Below are positions 26,550 to 29,282 of a stretch of 29,282 bases of DNA, in pieces. The DNA lies in IMG/VR virus record IMGVR_UViG_3300005573_000232, positions 1-29,282 of that record. One strand, written 5' to 3'. The first letter of the stretch is position 1; each line of letters begins with the position of its first letter. The translations under genes and the position numbers were made by a program. The notes below the pieces were generated by a model, which saw only the letters and a list, made by a program, of their open reading frames with translations, did not search any database and had not been told where the DNA came from. The DNA comes from a virus (taxonomy: Duplodnaviria; Caudoviricetes).

Positions 26550-26903
26550 TTAAATTTTAGTAGATATATAATCTTCATGTTCTTCATCATCGTCCATTTT
26601 ACGAAATTCTCCCTCAACATTAGTTTCTTCTTTTTCTTCTTTTGTATGATAAAAATCAACAATATCCGTTAAATGAACTTTTACGGCAGTTATTTTATCT
26701 TGAATCCACATGGGTATATCCGAATCGGGTATGTTTTCATATGCCCTTTTTGCCAAATTAACAATTTCTTCAAGTTTTGCCTTATATGATGCACCCTCAC
26801 CAATTTCTTCGTTTTCTTTTATGATTTTTGTTGAATTAAATTTAAATGTCTTATCTAACCTACTCATGACTTCAAAAAGTCTTTTCTTATTATCGGATTT
26901 CAT
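26550..26903 (-). CDS. Small hypothetical protein (117 aa), candidate internal head protein
   Basis: Leader KKRLFEVMSRLDK..IIKE, then a helical module KAKLEEIVNLAK..IPMWIQDKITAVK..IVDFY. Confidence 0.72.
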   Translation of the reverse strand: MKSDNKKRLFEVMSRLDKTFKFNSTKIIKENEEIGEGASYKAKLEEIVNLAKRAYENIPDSDIPMWIQDKITAVKVHLTDIVDFYHTKEEKEETNVEGEFRKMDDDEEHEDYISTKI

Positions 26904-26938
26904 TTTTAATTATATTAAATAATGTTATTTATATTTTT

Positions 26939-26947
26939 TATAAATAC
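26939..26947 (-). promoter_or_regulatory. Putative late promoter motif GTATTTATA (117aa-NTase-81aa operon)
   Basis: + strand TATAAATAC, 35 nt upstream of the start at 26903. Confidence 0.62.
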
Positions 26948-26970
26948 TTAACAATATTCAAATGAAATTA

Positions 26971-26979
26971 GTATTTATA
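26971..26979 (+). promoter_or_regulatory. Putative late promoter motif GTATTTATA (LamG-like gene)
   Basis: 18 nt upstream of ATG 26998. Confidence 0.65.
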
Positions 26980-26997
26980 ATTAAATTACTGAATAAA

Positions 26998-28842
26998 ATG
27001 AGTTTAGATTGTTTAAACGATATAATTTTAGATGATTTAGCTATCAATATAGACGTTACTAATATAAAATCGTGGAATTTAAATACTGGTTTGACTGTAA
27101 ATAGTTTATGTAAATGGAAAAACGCATTTTCAGATAATATTGATTTATATGATTTCGGTTTAACTGAATTTGATGTTGGTAGAACTAATATAATGTGGGA
27201 TAAATTATCAATAACACCTAAAGATAATATTTTTTCAATGTATAGGATGGGATTTAATAAAGTTCACAATCCTACTAATCGGCAAACAAGTGGTGTTACA
27301 GCAACAACCGAATACCTTCCAATGAGCGCAACTTCTTCTACGGGTGGTAGTTTAAATTTTTTTGATTTAAACGGAGGCTATTTACAAGGATTTTTTAAAT
27401 TAAATGGTTATAATTATGAATTATTTCCATCAAGATATGCTAAAGGAATTACAATAGAAACTTTATTATATTTATATCAACATTCGAGCGGCATTTTTTT
27501 TATGATGGGTACGCGTGCGGAAGACAAATACAATCCATATTTTTCAGGTGAAACAATGACAGGAATAACAACAACCGGTATTACAACAAGTTTGAACAAT
27601 TATTTAGATTCAATATTAGAAAAACAAACAATAAAAAAGAGTTTTAATATTTACGAAGATAGATTTGAAAATAAATTATTAATAGAAAATCCTATTGAAA
27701 ATATAAAAAGTAATATAATTGCATTTGAATTAACAAAAGATAAACATTTAGCATATAAATATATTGATAATAACGGATTTATTGTTACCAATAAATCAAA
27801 TTCATTAATTGAAAATACTGGTTTTACTTGGATTACAATAGTGTTTACACCTAATAATATTATTGATGACCCCCAATTACTTAATTGCCCTTATCGAAGA
27901 ACTGGAAAATTAAATTTTTATGTAAATGGACGAAATTTTTGGGTTATTAAAGAATTTCCAGAATTGTATTTTAAAGGATTTGCAAATGATAAAGAAAAAC
28001 AAATTGGAGTTCCTTATGTTATAAGTTGGGGTGGTGGTTCATTTGGTTTGAAAAATTCGTGGCATTACGATTTTCAAACATATTATTTATATAACGAAGA
28101 TAATGATTTATATATTAAAGACAATTTTAATGTTCAATACAATCCAATACCATCTGAATGCTATCATCCATCGACCGGAATAACAAGTTTAAGTGGTTTA
28201 AGTTTAATTTCAGATAACACAACATTTTATATTAAAGATTTCTGTGATCCAAATATTGAACATCCAATTACTGTAATGAGAATTGAATTTACAGGTACTA
28301 CAGGTAATTCATACTTTATTAAATATAAAAAACCCATTTCAGTTCTTTCGAATAGGGATTATACTGCAGAAATATTATTATATGATTCTGGTTTCTTTAA
28401 TAAAAATTCCGTGAAAAAAGTTTCAATCTTACCTTATGGTGATGTTGATATTAATATTATTGATGAAATTGTCTATGAATCTGGATTAAATTCTTGGAAA
28501 AATTTAAAAAGTGTGTTTAGATTAAATGATAATATTGGACAACAATTTATAAATATTGGAATACTTATTGAATCAGATATAATTTTTAATAAAAATATTC
28601 CATTGTTTTTGAGTGATTTTAAATACACAGCATCAGATATTTTAGTACAAGATGAAAGAAAGAGGAATCTCACAATTGAACAAAATTTTAATTCATCCTT
28701 CATTGGTGGAATTCAGAAATTAAGAATATATGATAATGCATTAAAATCAACCGAAGTTTTACATAACATTTCTTGGGAAGCCAAAAACAATCCATATCAG
28801 AATATTAAAACAAACAAGGGAGGACGAATAATTTATCGATGA
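26998..28842 (+). CDS. Virion structural protein with LamG/concanavalin-A-like lectin fold
   Basis: WITIVFT..GKLNFYVNGR and FIGGIQKLRIYDNALKSTEVLHN are LamG-like. Start moved from 26962 to 26998 (MSLDCL) because the promoter motif lies inside the longer N-terminus. Confidence 0.65.
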   Translation: MSLDCLNDIILDDLAINIDVTNIKSWNLNTGLTVNSLCKWKNAFSDNIDLYDFGLTEFDVGRTNIMWDKLSITPKDNIFSMYRMGFNKVHNPTNRQTSGVTATTEYLPMSATSSTGGSLNFFDLNGGYLQGFFKLNGYNYELFPSRYAKGITIETLLYLYQHSSGIFFMMGTRAEDKYNPYFSGETMTGITTTGITTSLNNYLDSILEKQTIKKSFNIYEDRFENKLLIENPIENIKSNIIAFELTKDKHLAYKYIDNNGFIVTNKSNSLIENTGFTWITIVFTPNNIIDDPQLLNCPYRRTGKLNFYVNGRNFWVIKEFPELYFKGFANDKEKQIGVPYVISWGGGSFGLKNSWHYDFQTYYLYNEDNDLYIKDNFNVQYNPIPSECYHPSTGITSLSGLSLISDNTTFYIKDFCDPNIEHPITVMRIEFTGTTGNSYFIKYKKPISVLSNRDYTAEILLYDSGFFNKNSVKKVSILPYGDVDINIIDEIVYESGLNSWKNLKSVFRLNDNIGQQFINIGILIESDIIFNKNIPLFLSDFKYTASDILVQDERKRNLTIEQNFNSSFIGGIQKLRIYDNALKSTEVLHNISWEAKNNPYQNIKTNKGGRIIYR

Positions 28843-28861
28843 AGTAATTTTAAATAAATTT

Positions 28862-28870
28862 CTATTTATA
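28862..28870 (+). promoter_or_regulatory. Putative late promoter motif CTATTTATA
   Basis: 23 nt upstream of ATG 28894. Confidence 0.55.
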
Positions 28871-28893
28871 TTTCATATAAAATAACAAATCTT

Positions 28894-29070
28894 ATGAGTA
28901 AATTATTAATATCAAATCATCAAATAGAAAATTTAGCAAAAAAAAGAATTGAAATTTGTGTTTATTGTGAAAATTTTAGGGATGATAATGTTTGTAAACT
29001 TTGTGATTGCTATATGCCTGATAAAGTTAGAAACCCTAAATCACGATGTGTTATTGGGAAGTGGCTATAA
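28894..29070 (+). CDS. Small Cys-rich protein (58 aa, DUF6171-like; not in supplied ORF track)
   Basis: MSKLLISNHQIENLAKKRIEICVYCENFRDDNVCKLCDCYMPDKVRNPKSRCVIGKWL*: pattern R..IC..C..C..CxC..K..C..GKW. Confidence 0.75.
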   Translation: MSKLLISNHQIENLAKKRIEICVYCENFRDDNVCKLCDCYMPDKVRNPKSRCVIGKWL

Positions 29071-29282
29071 TTCCATATTTGATGTAATCAAATACGTGTT
29101 TTCAAGTGCCTTACCATAAAAATCATTACTTTCAAGTTTTATTTTATTATATGAATTAAGAAATATTGTTTCGTTTTTTGTTTCTATTAATACCGAACCA
29201 TTTATACATGTTACATAATTAATATAATCTTTTTTTTTATATTTGAAAATAGTGCCTTTGGGAATGAAAAATATACTATTTA
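29065..29282 (-). CDS. C-terminal part of a hypothetical protein, possibly cupin-like (5'-truncated by window)
   Basis: Open frame NSIFFIPKGTIFKYKKKDYINYVTCINGSVLIETKNETIFLNSYNKIKLESNDFYGKALENTYLITSNMEL*; its stop overlaps the end of the convergent Cys-rich gene. Confidence 0.55.
   Translation of the reverse strand, partial: NSIFFIPKGTIFKYKKKDYINYVTCINGSVLIETKNETIFLNSYNKIKLESNDFYGKALENTYLITSNMEL

Noticed and set aside
26962-26997. Longer N-terminus MKLVFIIKLLNK for the LamG-like gene
   Set aside because: It overlaps the late motif at 26971-26979; ATG 26998 has the typical spacing and A-rich context.
590-28703. Short antisense or alternate-frame ORFs in the track (e.g. 17666-18283, 24484-25026, 23606-23938, 23649-23999, 7630-7917)
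   Set aside because: They lie wholly within well-supported genes and reflect codon bias or repeats; the Cys-rich 23649-23999 ORF is simply the antisense reading of the 33-bp array.
1-29282. tRNA, rRNA or structured ncRNA genes
   Set aside because: Intergenic gaps are short and AT-rich; only terminator-like hairpins were found.

Overview
Very AT-rich, densely coding segment of a large T4-like (probably jumbo) phage genome, carrying the head-morphogenesis region. On the minus strand are gp13-like neck, gp23 major capsid, gp22-like scaffold, gp21 prohead protease, a candidate core protein, gp20 portal and gp17 large terminase. These are interleaved with a host-promoter-driven block (UvrD-like helicase and two hypotheticals), two nuclease/GNAT(Mom)-like fusion genes, a 1724-aa virion-type protein ending in a GH25 muramidase, and a LamG-like protein. 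TAnnTTTG promoter elements and the absence of Shine-Dalgarno motifs point to a Bacteroidota host (inference). Most notable observations: (1) 13 copies of a (G/C)TATTTAT(A/T/G) motif lie before 12 mostly structural genes; it is the T4 late promoter TATAAATA in reverse orientation. (2) A late gene cluster (22407-26903) of modular proteins studded with (L/I/M/V)-x-E prohead-protease-type sites includes a Pol-beta-family nucleotidyltransferase and a 929-aa polyprotein with an 11-mer amphipathic repeat; together these are a candidate capsid-packaged, protease-matured cargo system. (3) A Mom-like DNA-modification domain is fused to a GIY-YIG homing endonuclease and has its own host-type promoter. 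All assignments come from motif recognition by eye; no searches were run.
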